64,000 nt of DNA from Phoronis australis (GCA_002633005.1 NMRA01000013.1:508347-572346), one strand, 5' to 3'. Positions 39,201 to 49,960 are shown, counted from the first letter of the stretch. Numbers and translations: made by a program. Notes: generated by a model not told the origin, from the letters alone.

Positions 39201-42200
39201 CTGCGTTTAAAAGCACACCATAGTGTTTTGAAAATCAATTTGGTGAAATAAATCACGTGTGGGTGCCAGTCTGCATAGAGGGGGTTTAACTGAAATCAAA
39301 AAACTCTAAAGTCATGCACTGGCTCACTATGTGAAGCTGGTAGATTACATGTAATTTATGTGTGGTATACTTACATATAACCTTCTGCTGAACATGGCAT
39401 CACAGCGATTCAACTTTGGTTTCAAGATAGCTGAAAGTATGTGGACGACACCTTTTTCCACCATGAATTCTGAGCTTGAGATACTAACATTGTTGACAAG
39501 CAACTGCAGAACAGAAAGATGAAACAGCGATAGCAAACGTCCAAGTACTATATACAACTCTTAAGGGTTAGGAAAACACAAATAAAGCAACTTTTGCTCA
39601 ATACAATCTGAAATTCTGGCAAACAAGCGGGGCAGAGATGAACACGAAAAGTTGTAAGATTTATTAAACCATATAATACAACTGAGTCCGACTATGGCGC
39701 TGTGCTCTCTTTGATCCTCTGGTAAAAGCCACAGTGAAAAGTCACACATATCTTTATAAAAGCGTGACTTTCATGTAAGCGCATTATTCACAGCATATGG
39801 TCTTCAATAGCCACTCTGTGATATAGGAACGACCTCTTATGGCTAGATGGTAGTACTACAAATTTCCCTTTCAAGTGAGATTATGCGCACATGACCAGGC
39901 TCTCCACACCCAGGCCAACGTGAAACCACAGACTTGGGTTAAATAATCACCCCATGGTACGTCATGCCAGTCTGAAGGTTGACATAGTTCCCCTGGGGAC
40001 AGGCAGCATGATGCCCCTGGCCAAACAGTTTACCTGGCGAGGTCCCACCTTCTTCAGTACCACCTGGAACCCATTCCCCAGCAGTGTGGATACCATGCGG
40101 TCAGTCGCAATGACACCACTGGTCACTTCCTCAGGTAACACATAGTAAGACAGGTAGCGGGTTGTCTGAAAGGCCAACAGATGGTCTCAGAAACAAATTG
40201 GGTTAACAATTCAAGCATCCAAAGTCGCCACAGGAACATTATTTAAGACATGAATAATTATAGTATGGGACCTAGCATAATGTGGAATAGTCGTGAGGAC
40301 TGGACTGGGACCTCAGGAGTCTCACGCTCCACCGGCTTAACTACTCTAATTTGAAAAGGCTTTGTCCAGTCACCTGTTGTGGGTCATAAATGGAGATAAT
40401 GCAAGTCATATTTCTTCAGGCAGCTCTTATCACCAAATCATTGGCTTCAAGGGCAATAAAGTGTAATCGGCCGAATAGATCTTTGATCCCAGACTGTTCG
40501 GAGTTGCCTCATTGACGTCTCCAAACAGTCTCTCACGAGGACTTAACGTTATGGCTCTCAGTCACTTATGTTTTATTTTTATCATTCAAATTAGGATGCT
40601 TTTGAGACAGTGGTTCAACAATTTGATCTCCACTTACCACATTCCTATGACTCTCTCTCCAGGCGTTATTTGATGGTGCCAGCAGGGTGAACGCACCCAG
40701 TCTATTGATACTGTTCAGCAATCCAGTCAACTAAGAAAGACACAACAACCATTAGCAAGGATTAGCATCGCCTCAGTAGTGCATTCTGCGAAACATTCAC
40801 GCCAGTGACACCTGAAAATCATTCGCAACATCACAACTCTCACGTTAAGGATGTATAGGACCCTGTAAAACGACACTTTTGGCTAACTTCGGAACACCAT
40901 ACACCAGAAGCAGCCGATCGGATGTATATGAAACTTTCAGATATTATGCTTTATGAACTAATAAAGCTGTTTTCCGAAATGCTGAAAGGAATACTTGTTT
41001 TTGAATAAATGTTCCACTTATGCGGAATGGGCTATCAAATAAAAATGTTAGATTTGTGAAAACACTTGACAAAAAGTTGCATTAAATGAAAACAAAATGA
41101 TAAAATTTAGAAAACTATAACAACTTTTTTGAGATTTCATCTTGAGGATTGTAGTATCAAACAAAATGTGGTCATGTTTGTGATACTGTTGTTTTGCTAT
41201 CAAAGTGCCTTTTTGTTTATCATGTTAAAGACATGGTCATGTGACCCAATTAGTGGCACAGAGTGAAAAGTAAAAAATCAAGTTCTGCAAGCTGTCTACA
41301 CATTTACTCACTGACAGATGAAATCCATAGTTTTGTGCTCTAGCAACCTTGTGAAATTACTTAGTGAAAATCCATAGTTTTGTTGATATTTTCTCAACAA
41401 TCCGACCAATGTTAATAATTAGGTAGTGCATAGCCTTTTATGGCCTTAAAAGACCTGAGAGAGAGGTATAATCACACCCCAAAACACTATAGCGCCCCCA
41501 TTATGCAGTTGTGGAAGGCCTAACTCCCTCCCATGATTGCTTCCCTCTTGACAACGTATTGCCTTCGCTAAAAAATTCAGACCAAATTGATAAACAGAGA
41601 ATTAAAGTAAACAGGTCTTCCCCAGCACCACCACACTGTGTTCAAGACGACTCCAAAATTGACCAATTCTATGGCGCACTGTTAGCAAACTTTCGCATTC
41701 GGCATGACATGATTGGACACTTTTCAAGTCACGACTTAGACAGTTTGATGGTCTCAGGCCAAGGAAAATTTTATTACTTGGAACCTAGAGCAATACACAA
41801 GCTCACCTGTAGATAACCGTAAAACATGCTCAGCTCAGGTGTCTCACGGAGAAGTTCTTCCACTGTGGGAACATTTGGCAAAATGTCTGAGACTGGTTGC
41901 AACACCTGAAAGACGTAAACTAACTACTTTGCATGGGTATCTGGCTGGAAAGACAGCTGGAATGTTTAAGTTCAAATTGCCAGCTGAAAACTGACAAATG
42001 GCCAAAAAGCATAATAGCTGCCGGTTCTGAGCTGTATTACATAAAGACTGGATGAAAGTGGCTTTTTGTGCTTGGAGGTTCATAATTTGAAGGTAGTGAG
42101 TAACATACACATGCTATGAACATTCCCACTAAATAAAATTGGTTCTAACCCCGGTGTTTAAGGTAAACGGTGGGGTATGGAAAATTGAACTAGACCGTAT

Positions 42201-45200
42201 TTATCCACCTTGGCTGAGACGCGCTCGGCTCATGCTCAAAGGGATGCCGCCAGGCTGCTCTATTCATCGAGTCACGAGCGAGGATAATTGACTTCGCTCA
42301 TGCGGATATGATCAGCTGATTACAGTCTAGCCTAACAACTGTACTTTTTATGGAGATAATTTTACGTAGTTTTTACTGTAATATTTGAAAAGAGGAGCGA
42401 AAACAAATATGAGTAAAACTTTGAATTTTTCAAATCGGCCCAGGATAAGAGATTTTGCAACACAGCAACACTCACGATTACTTTCATTCGGCGCGCACTA
42501 ATACAAAAATATAGGACCCAAGTTATTTAGATTTTGGAACACATGCATTGCAATATTCAAAATACTTNNNNNNNNNNNNNNNNNNNNNNNNNNNNNNNNN
42601 NNNNNNNNNNNNNNNNNNNNNNNNNNNNNNNNNNNNNNNNNNNNNNNNNNNNNNNNNNNNNNNNNNNNNNNNNNNNNNNNNNNNNNNNNNNNNNNNNNNN
42701 NNNNNNNNNNNNNNNNNNNNNNNNNNNNNNNNNNNNNNNNNNNNNNNNNNNNNNNNNNNNNNNNNNNNNNNNNNNNNNNNNNNNNNNNNNNNNNNNNNNN
42801 NNNNNNNNNNNNNNNNNNNNNNNAAAAAAAAATAAGTCAAGCAGTCAAGCAGAGCGTGTTTTAATATTTACGGCTTAGCACTTGCTGGCCTCATCTGCTA
42901 AAAACGTTCGAGAATTTTTTCGGTAAGACCGACATGTCACTCATTGAGTCGCCGGGTGAGTGGATGCGTGACCGTAGTGTAACAGCTATTTCCCGGAAGA
43001 TTTGGGGTGTAAGGGTGCGAAGTGGGTCATTTTGACCTTAAAACACCAATTATGATTAGTTAAATAATTTCTCTTAAAAATAATGCAGAAGCTTTTTACG
43101 GTATTGGAAACTTTCGGAAATTAGTGCCAATATTTATTTGCCGATGCTATGTTACCCGATTAATCTTCGATGACAGTCGGTACATTATGCAGCACGCGCT
43201 TCTTGGTCGCGTGCTAACACTGGTCGAGTTTTTTTTTATTAGTCTTCGATTCACGGTTTTCACATGCACAAAGAAGTTTGAGGCAGGAGAAGATCTGTAC
43301 TGGAAAGAAACAATGCAATCCCGCTCTTTGACAAGTACGCTGTGTCTGTTTTCAAAGTCCAGACCCGCGTAGTGGGGCACATCCCTCGCAAGAGCAGCAA
43401 AACTTCTGCGTTCTTTTTGAATCGCGGCGTAAGTTTGAAGTGTATACGGACATAACGGTAAGGCTCGTGGTCCGTTACAAATTCAGGCTGTCGGATCTTT
43501 CAATTGATAAATTGGAGACATTAGAACTGTAGGTAAGGGCATTTTTCGCATGTAGTTCATGGGCTGGGCGCTTACTTTAGCAAAGTCTGAAAACGCGTTC
43601 GGGCACTTGTTGAGCCATGGGCGCTAATTAGGGCGAATAGCGGCAGAATTACATACAGCAGCGTAGTTTAATGCACACAAATTACACGTCGTGCAAACCA
43701 GTTGGTCATCCCGTTTACCATCAACAATCCCAGTAGCCTTTGCGCACCCTAATTTCCGGACATGCGCAATCGTTAAATCGATTCGGTTGCAACTCCGCTA
43801 TTAATAAACTGGTACTGCATGAGGATACATCTGATTGGTCAGATCTCGCATTCTCGACTATTTCTGTCACTTTACGCTATTTTCTGTACTGACCTTTGCC
43901 AATCTGGTGCTTCAAAACTTTGATAATTTTAAAGATATTTTTCATTTCATCCGGTTTTTTGAAAAGAGAAAAAATCTCAGTCAGTAATATTTGAAAACCT
44001 GTATATAGTAGTTTTTTAGGCCCTGAAAATATGTTGGGTACTAATAAATCCATAAAAAAGCAGCCATGATATAGACAAAAACAAAATAAAACAAAATGTA
44101 TCGATGACAAGATTTGATGTTTTTGCAGGAAAATGTGAAATCTAAATCAAATAACTAAATTCTTTACTACCAGGATTTTCGGTGGACAAGCCCATGGGAC
44201 TGTATTAGGAAAATGAAAAATTTCAGGCGCTTTAGAGACACCAAAGAAACACCCGGGCGTTAATGTGCAAAGTCATAGTTTTGGATGCATACATGTCAGC
44301 ACGAAGCACGATTTGTAAGTGATAGTGGTTCTGGTTTTGCCAACACTTTGTTCATTTATATAAATAATGATAAATGCTACTCAAAATTGAATTTGTGACT
44401 AAAAGTTGAAGCTGAGTGGGCTTTTAAAAGGATATTTTCTGAATAAATGCCACACCATCTGGACACTTGACACCAGAAGTTGTAACACAAAAAAAACACC
44501 CATGGGCATTTATTCGGCATGATTTTCTGAATAAACGCCCATGGGCACGTCATCGGGTGGGCTTATCTGCGGAAAATCCCGGTATGGCACAGATCACTTC
44601 ATCATACACACGTCATCATCCTGAAATGTCACAGTCATGTTAAGGTCTGGGGTGAGTGTTCGCCAAGTTGCAGTCGTGTTATCCACAGTGGGTCCAGTTA
44701 GTTTTTTGTCCCATGGCCAAGGGGCAGAGTGGTAACTGAAACAAATGAAAGAAACAACCATATTTATCCAAACATTCTATGGTTGCTTCTCCACGTACTG
44801 AAGTCAGCTTTCCGCTCTAAGTATTTAGTGTTTATGATAATTGTCATCCCATGGGGATATTTTTAAAAAATGCAGTATTTACATTTTGCATATAATTGTA
44901 AATTATAATTTCTTTCAACGCATTCTTTATGTGTCAAATATTCAAGTCGCTTTGAATGGTTTCAGTTGCCTGAGAATTTTTTACCTGGTGGCTATTTTCA
45001 AGGCTTTTGATTTCAAATGCTTTTAGTCATTTTGAAAATAAATTTCTCTTTAGTTTGAGGGTTCCCCCATTTGCTCTGTGCATTTGTTGTTACAGTATGA
45101 CTAATGTAAAAGGAAGGAGTGTCCCAGATTTTTACATTTCTTCAAACAACGAAGAGATATACAATTAAAAATGAAAATCTGGGACGTTGTTTTAAAAAGG

Positions 45201-48200
45201 GACTTCAACAACTGACATCCTTGATGTTTCAGGGTAAATAAAAGAAGTGTGGGACACGAATAATTACATACTAACAATAAGGTGAATTCGCCTGAGGTTT
45301 AGTTTTCTAGAAATTAGAACAGTTGCAATTAGCAATGATTATGCAGCACCACAAGACGTGATTAGATCTTTCAGTCATGGACGATTCAGAGACTATTTTG
45401 TTACAGGTAGAAAATGGACGGCTAAAAAGTTATTGGATGAAAAGTGAATGGCTTCATGAACGTTGACCCACTTAATTTAGTTGTATTAAAGTGGTAAAGC
45501 CACCGGCTTTGATTTCAGTGAATGGCTGGCAGACAACGGCGAGAATTTTCAGTTTGTAATAAAATCACTAAAACAATGGATTTCATAGTTTTATAGACCT
45601 GATCAAAACTAAGCAATTTCAAGAAGTCCATCCCATTCAAAAATCATCCTAAAAATGTTTTGTTTTTGTCGTAAAACCTGATTATGTCCCTCTAACAATA
45701 ACTAACCAGAAGAAATTCATGAGGTTGCCTTCGTTCGTCCAATATCCATCTTCAGCCCACTTAGTAAAGTTGTCTAAAACTGCATCAAGCGGTACAAACA
45801 CAAGGAATGATTCCGTCACGTCCCATAAGTTACCTGGCTGTGACAAGGTCTGGAGAATATAATAATTGCTTTGTATTACCAATAAGATCGCTCTGATAAG
45901 GCATAGAGTACACAATCCAAATCATGCCATTGTAATGCATATTATTTCTACCAGTTGTAGATAACCGATCTTTGCAGTTCAAGCAATGAGAAAGCAGGGC
46001 TTCGAATGATCAGTGACAAAAAAGAGGAAAAATTTCCAGGAAATGAGTCATTCCACAAACAAACTGGCTTTTGTGTGAAATATTTTTGTGATGTAAAATT
46101 TCACTGAAATAAACATTTTTGCATGAATTAAGTAAAAACAATGATAGAGATGGAAAAAGGGGAAACTGGAAATAAAATAATAGGAAATCAAAATCAAAAA
46201 AGAGGGAATACTTCCAAAAGAGGACAATTCCAAGCCATGGAAAGTGTTTCAATTGATTTTCAATGATTGGTTTGGCTTTTTTATAGTCCACAGTGTCTAA
46301 AATGGGCAGGAAAGAATGTTGCCAGAGAATGGAAAGGGATTGTCACGGATATCTATCTCTGTTCCCTTATCTCCAAACAAAAGAAGCCCACCCGGAAAAA
46401 AGTCCATGCAACGTGGCAAGTGGCAATAGTAATTTCATGAGGTATTCATAGTTGCCTGTTAGGAAAAGTGATTTAGGTGTAATGATGCAGATTTAGTCAA
46501 AGCTTCCAGCGACTCAAATAACTAAGTCATTAAACTGCCTGATAAAACAAGTTCTGCAAGGAAATTTGGTTTCAAGACAAGGTTAAGGGAAGGATTCGAT
46601 TTGAAAGAAATTGGCATGGGTGTTGTTTAATATATAAAGCAGCATGTCCTCAGTGAAAAAGCAAATTCAAAAGCAAAAATTCTACAGGGGAGTTAGTTTG
46701 GTCCGATCATTTATTTAGAGTTTAACGCGTTTAGATTGTTTGTGCTTCCCTGTGGCAAAATAAATTCAAAAACACCCAAACAAACTATTAAGTGCTCTAA
46801 AATGAACAAATTTGTTTGTTTTGATTGCTATTAGCATCTTCAAAAATAACTGTTACATAAAAAGAATCAATTAGGTGTGAAAACATTTATCAAGCTCGAC
46901 AATTACCTTCAAGAACCTAGAAAAAAACGAGCACAAACCTGCAACATCCTGTTAAACACCGTCCCATTGGTCAACTTGCCTATCTCGTCAGCAAGAGTCC
47001 CGAAGCAGCGGTCAAATCCATCGCCCCCAAGTCCTGGCAAACAGGTGCAGTTGTTGATACCAGGGCCCAGCACCATGCACACAGCCTAAGTGGATTGATC
47101 AAGGGAATTAAAGAGAGATTCTGAAGTACGTTTAAGGTTATGTTGAACCTCATCCACAAGTCAGTGTGTTTTCAGCTGAATAACCATAAAAATACAGACT
47201 CATTTCTCTAAGCCACTAAAAGTATACATTTACTGAACATAAATTTGAAGAATTTGATTTTTAACTTTTAACAATCTGACTTTAAATGGGTCACATGCTC
47301 TTCTCTCTTCAGTAAAATTTAGGGTAACACAACGTCTGAGCCCATAATTCTTCACACGTTCTAGTCCAAAAGAAGTACCAGATACTTAGTTCTGGTTGCA
47401 TGGACTAAAATTTCACTGAATTTTAACACTGTACAGTTTATTTTTAAAGCCACTGTTTAGAAAGGTGCAACCCCAAGCAAACAGGTGGTATTGACGTTCT
47501 CCAACTTACCTCACAGTATGGCGGAGAAGCGAAATTCCGTTTCCGGCCCAAAGTTTCTCAACAAAAATAATGCTGAGGATGTTCATGACTCACACAGCCT
47601 GTCGTGTAACTAACTTAAAGCAACTCTCCACTTATTTTGAACAAAAATAATTGCCTTAAGTTTGTTTTCCATGTTTCAAATGCCAGTTACTTTGCTACAA
47701 ACGATGAAAACTTTACGAAACGTCATTTTGCGGCATTTACACATACAAACTCTGCCAGTTGTAGACTAAATTTTTCTTAAATGTTATTTCTGTCGAGAAA
47801 TTTGACAAAATAGAATTTCACTTGTCAGCTGTACTGTGAGCTAAATTAGTGAAGAGCTACCAAAAGTCATCTTAACATTTTAATAAGTGACCAGAATAAA
47901 AATGGAAAACCACAATTTTGGCACTAATGTTATTTTTGTGTGAAATAGAAGACAGTGATTAATGCATCAATCAATCCTAAATACACAAAACCCACGAATG
48001 ATATACTAATATTTACCTGCTCATGACAGTTGCCACGGTTAATTGCACAACTGTTGGTAGGCAGACAATGGAAACCATTGCCAAAGAAACCGTCATCACA
48101 CTCGCAGAAGTGCTACGGAAAGATGAATACAGGTAAAATTTCCAGTTCAATTCAACAACGGCCAAGATGAGCAAAAGAAAAGGCAAGAATTAGCATTTCC

Positions 48201-49883
48201 CTTTTCTTTAATTTGCTTATTCAAAAGCATCATTATGAAACACTTGTTGGAGTTAGAGGACTAATGGACACCAATACTTCTACATTTTGTTTGAAAATGT
48301 CAAAGGCAATAACCTATTGGAGGTGCTGGGCATCTGCCGAAAGCGCATAATTGGTGCACTTTTGAAAACTTCAGTAACTTACGATTTTTTACTGAAATAG
48401 CAAATCGGCGCGATTGAAAACAGTTTACGGCAAAGTTGCATTTTGATGAACTTCTGCATAAAAAATGTCGACATTGAATCGGCACTAGCGAATCAAGGAC
48501 GTCACAAGCACAGGGATCTAACAACCGTAGTTCAAAAAGACACAAGCTTGCGTTACTCCCAACCCAGTGCGCTATTACAGTTTTTGTCATGCCCTGATTA
48601 ACAAAGCATTCCATTACTTGCAACAATTGATAATCTTCGCTCCATTCCTTCCCAAAAACATCATTACATGACTTTTTTATGAATGTGTAACAAGCTCTAT
48701 GAATCCATCATGAAAGGTTGCACAAACAGCAACTGAAGGGATTTTGATGTGTTTATTTTTAACCACTGACATAAACATTACATTGTGACCTTTTGACCCA
48801 GAGTGTCTGCTTGATCATAGATGGTGCTGCACATGCAACAGCAGTGTTATGGAAAGGTGTTTTCGTAAACACAGAAACAAAACATTGATTGTTTACATTT
48901 CAAAAGTTCATCAATAACACAAACTTTTCGGGGTTTGATAACTGGACTTTTATGGAGTTGTGTTCATGACAAGTAAAATGAGATAGAAAAAGTAAAACAG
49001 AAAACAAGTAGATAATGAATGCCTTTAATGACAGGTCAAATATCCAGAAGGCATTTTATACCTACAACTGTCAGCTAACTGGCTAACTAGACTATAGATG
49101 TCACTAAAGGTTACAACAGAATCACCAATGACTAAATTGTCATATTATCATTATTCTGTCTATGCACCTCAGTCTCAGGGTATGAAGCTGAACCTATATC
49201 CCAATTTAGGTGCATACTCTCAATGGGAGACATTTGAATCAAATCAAAGCCGAATCCTTCAAACTAGCATGTGACTGAAGGAAGACCTAACCACAGCATT
49301 ACGTATCAAGATTGATTTGTATTCAAATGAAAAGTACTATGGATGTACAACATACACACACACAAAAACCACCCAGTTTAAGATAATTATACTCCTTTAC
49401 AACTGGTATAGTCAATGGCTCAGCTCAAACACACAAGCCTGGAAGCGTACAGACAAAACTTTTTTGAAAAAAGAAATTTTGGATAAATAATTGTATAGGT
49501 AGAAGTTGTGGTAGAAGGTAACCGCTTTTTCATTGCCTACAATCTGCTGATCAACCATTTGGTCAATGCTCGACATAACACCCAACCCAATTTCCATTCA
49601 ATTTTCAAGTGCCCATGGTGCTAAGCCAGATCAGTACAGTACTACTACTACCGCTTACACTGTGTGACCACTTGACTACTGATACCATTATTACTATTAC
49701 TTAAGGACCAAAAAAACTGGTGCTGCCCACCTCGCCGGGTGATGAATCCCTGCAGGTGGCGTTAGCGTGACAGTCAGTATGGTTGGAACAGTAGACAATA
49801 GGCACGCAGTAATAACCATCTCCACGCCAACCACGGTCGCAGGTACACTTGTTACGACCAGGGCTCGTCTTAGTACAGGTTGC
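24119..49883 (-). CDS. STAB2: Stabilin-like (STAB1/STAB2 co-ortholog) FAS1/EGF type-I membrane scavenger receptor, 3' portion; 19 coding exons found, 5' exons further right or outside the window
   Basis: Phase-consistent GT-AG exon chain giving EGF repeats, FAS1 motifs (FTLLAPSNNAW, GVVHILSAIL, NGYIHVISSPL), laminin-EGF CCDGYYGSLCEPCPGG, a TM helix and a cytoplasmic FDNPLY. This domain order matches stabilins. The symbol is family-level only. Confidence 0.9.
26148..26267 (-). CDS. STAB2: Stabilin-like transmembrane exon (KVVKYAVTSLAIVALFLLVVTAVTTCLLVYRKKAGRFCWQ)
   Basis: attattcacag acceptor, GTATAG donor, 120 nt; hydrophobic stretch followed by YRKK stop-transfer. Confidence 0.88.
26401..26484 (+). 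repeat. ~33-bp tandem repeat, about 2.6 copies
   Basis: acttaag(g)acacactatgccagacaagtgaaac repeated. Confidence 0.9.
26830..26856 (-). CDS. STAB2: Stabilin-like 27-nt juxtamembrane microexon (NTVASAQHL)
   Basis: cttctacatttcag acceptor and CTG|GTAAGA donor; phase 0-0, open, between the last FAS1 exon and the TM exon. Confidence 0.65.
28182..28771 (+). mobile_element. Young interspersed repeat, copy A, with a 132-bp terminal tandem duplication (28513-28635 and 28645-28767)
   Basis: Near-identical reverse-complement copy at 42106-42567; probably extends further left. Confidence 0.85.
28913..29298. mobile_element. Fold-back element with ~68-bp imperfect terminal inverted repeats
   Basis: 28913-28980 (ttagtacacagtcaacaattt...gcctttctcaa) pairs with 29232-29298. 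Confidence 0.7.
30400..30510 (-). CDS. STAB2: Stabilin-like exon, last FAS1 H2 (TSFMVNGIAVLRPNIPTTNGYIHVISSPLRYQNMSSQ)
   Basis: ctcttccag acceptor, GTAAGT donor, 111 nt; NGYIHVI..PL motif. Confidence 0.92.
31871..32005 (-). CDS. STAB2: Stabilin-like exon, last FAS1 (SLSIADIQTHILTQRFALTNHSHPLVSSLSGSDVFLTTYSSGGSQ)
   Basis: cattttcag acceptor, GTATTT donor, 135 nt, phase 0-0. Confidence 0.85.
32715..32858 (-). CDS. STAB2: Stabilin-like exon, last FAS1 H1 (ILLGNTKTSHVASDEEVQARQRLVDLLKDVTQNLTLFVPVDHNSVDVQ)
   Basis: atgttacag acceptor, GTATGT donor, 144 nt; TLFVP motif. Confidence 0.88.
33575..33699 (-). CDS. STAB2: Stabilin-like exon, second half of EGF and start of last FAS1 (DGSSEGFVVCQCTGGLVGNGSFCNSDIFSTVSKLDDTNIFYK)
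   Basis: ttttcctatag acceptor, GTATTT donor, 125 nt, phase 1-0. Confidence 0.9.
34050..34392 (+). repeat. Interspersed repeat, copy 1 (copy 2 at 61180-61515)
   Basis: ggtacgccacgagctatg.tgcagagtaaaacaa...caccggcgtgtacaatgaatagccctg shared. Confidence 0.85.
35174..35992 (-). CDS. STAB2: Stabilin-like 819-nt exon encoding 6.5 tandem EGF domains
   Basis: Lies within ORF 35097..36056; ttctcgtag acceptor, GTATGA donor, phase 1-1; repeated C..NGGC..NA.C......C.C..GY.GNG..C. Confidence 0.93.
36414..36609 (-). CDS. STAB2: Stabilin-like exon, laminin-type EGF (RPLCCDGYYGSLCEPCPGGEDNPCNGRGVCNSGMYGSGTCMCTGTFGGDTCEGCALGFAGDNCTT)
   Basis: cgttgcag acceptor, GTAAGT donor, 196 nt, phase 0-1; stabilin-type CCxGYYGxxCxxCPGG. 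Confidence 0.93.
37231..37389 (-). CDS. STAB2: Stabilin-like exon, Cys-rich linker (SYCVSCKSSSIPCPFSFTPLQPIVRRPCHYRKIKSGVAMTYLGCHIVCHKELV)
   Basis: gttgcag acceptor, GTGAGT donor, 159 nt; CxxC...CP...C...GC...C pattern of the stabilin inter-FAS1 linker. Confidence 0.88.
38880..39030 (+). mobile_element. tRNA-derived SINE relic
   Basis: Degenerate A box (tgactcagcg) and B box (gggctcaatacc), then gttgtgcccttcagcaaggcac...ttgctcc.gtccacttagctgta, resembling a conserved metazoan SINE core. Confidence 0.65.
39375..39503 (-). CDS. STAB2: Stabilin-like exon, FAS1 H2 (LLVNNVSISSSEFMVEKGVVHILSAILKPKLNRCDAMFSRRLY)
   Basis: gttctgcag acceptor, GTAAGT donor, 129 nt; GVVHI..IL H2 motif followed by NRCD. 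Confidence 0.9.
40034..40165 (-). CDS. STAB2: Stabilin-like exon, FAS1 (TTRYLSYYVLPEEVTSGVIATDRMVSTLLGNGFQVVLKKVGPRQ)
   Basis: cctttcag acceptor, GTAAAC donor, 132 nt, phase 0-0; STLLG motif. Confidence 0.87.
40638..40730 (-). CDS. STAB2: Stabilin-like exon, FAS1 H1 (LTGLLNSINRLGAFTLLAPSNNAWRESHRNV)
   Basis: tctttcttag acceptor, GTAAGT donor, 93 nt; canonical FAS1 FTxxAPxNxA motif. Confidence 0.92.
40849..41445 (+). mobile_element. TTAA-flanked non-autonomous DNA transposon (Kolobok-like); related fragments near 2600-2950, 4450-4860, 17360-17750, 31040-31450 and 47200-47330
   Basis: ttaa|gg...cc|ttaa ends; shared core aaagacatggtcatgtgacccaatta found in both orientations. Confidence 0.55.
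41807..41905 (-). CDS. STAB2: Stabilin-like exon, FAS1-FAS1 junction (VLQPVSDILPNVPTVEELLRETPELSMFYGYLQ)
   Basis: gtctttcag acceptor, GTGAGC donor, 99 nt, phase 0-0. Confidence 0.87.
42106..42567 (-). mobile_element. Young interspersed repeat, copy B (inverted relative to copy A), running into the assembly gap
   Basis: Reverse complement of 28182-28635 with only scattered mismatches. Confidence 0.85.
42568..42823. other. Assembly gap (256 N)
   Basis: Run of n. Confidence 1.
43249..43480 (+). pseudogene. Decayed HIRAN-like domain ORF inside a transposon relic
   Basis: IHGFHMHKEV*...PLFDKYAVSVFKVQTRVVGHIPRKSSKTSAFFLNRG matches the HIRAN-type pattern N..D.YAV.V...VGH[IV]P[RK]. Confidence 0.6.
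44168..44584. mobile_element. Tc1/mariner-pogo-type MITE with TA TSD
   Basis: ta|ccaggattttcggtggacaagccca ... tgggcttatctgcggaaaatcccgg|ta. Confidence 0.7.
44612..44735 (-). CDS. STAB2: Stabilin-like exon, FAS1 YH region (YHSAPWPWDKKLTGPTVDNTTATWRTLTPDLNMTVTFQDDD)
   Basis: tttgtttcag acceptor; phase-2 start matches the previous exon; FAS1 YH motif. Donor is GTGTGT (an alternative GTATGA lies 4 nt further). Confidence 0.78.
45707..45849 (-). CDS. STAB2: Stabilin-like exon, FAS1 H1 region (TLSQPGNLWDVTESFLVFVPLDAVLDNFTKWAEDGYWTNEGNLMNFF)
   Basis: ttctccag acceptor, GTTAGT donor, 143 nt, phase 0-2; FLVFVP FAS1-like motif. Confidence 0.85.
46939..47085 (-). CDS. STAB2: Stabilin-like exon, EGF end and FAS1 start (AVCMVLGPGINNCTCLPGLGGDGFDRCFGTLADEIGKLTNGTVFNRMLQ)
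   Basis: ccacttag acceptor, GTTTGT donor, 147 nt, phase 0-0. Confidence 0.88.
48017..48112 (-). CDS. STAB2: Stabilin-like exon, EGF (HFCECDDGFFGNGFHCLPTNSCAINRGNCHEQ)
   Basis: tttccgtag acceptor, GTAAAT donor, 96 nt, phase 0-0; not in the ORF track. Confidence 0.9.
49731..49883 (-). CDS. STAB2: Stabilin-like exon, EGF (ATCTKTSPGRNKCTCDRGWRGDGYYCVPIVYCSNHTDCHANATCRDSSPGE)
   Basis: ttctttctgtag acceptor, GTGGGC donor, 153 nt, phase 0-0, EGF Cys spacing. Confidence 0.9.
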
Positions 49884-49960
49884 CTACAGAAAGAAAACAC
49901 AACATAATCAGACTCCATAAATAATTCTTAAACTGGCTGGAATGTATATCGCAAAAACTT

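Larger units (their letters stand above)
38698..39792 (+). repeat. Pair of ~115-bp direct repeats (38698-38823 and 39679-39792) with an internal hairpin, flanking exon 39375-39503
   Basis: caactgagtccgact...gaaaagtcacgcat..atgcgtgactttc..gtaagcgcattattcac twice. Confidence 0.8.

Noticed and set aside
42523-42878. X-rich ORFs
   Set aside because: Artefacts of the N gap.
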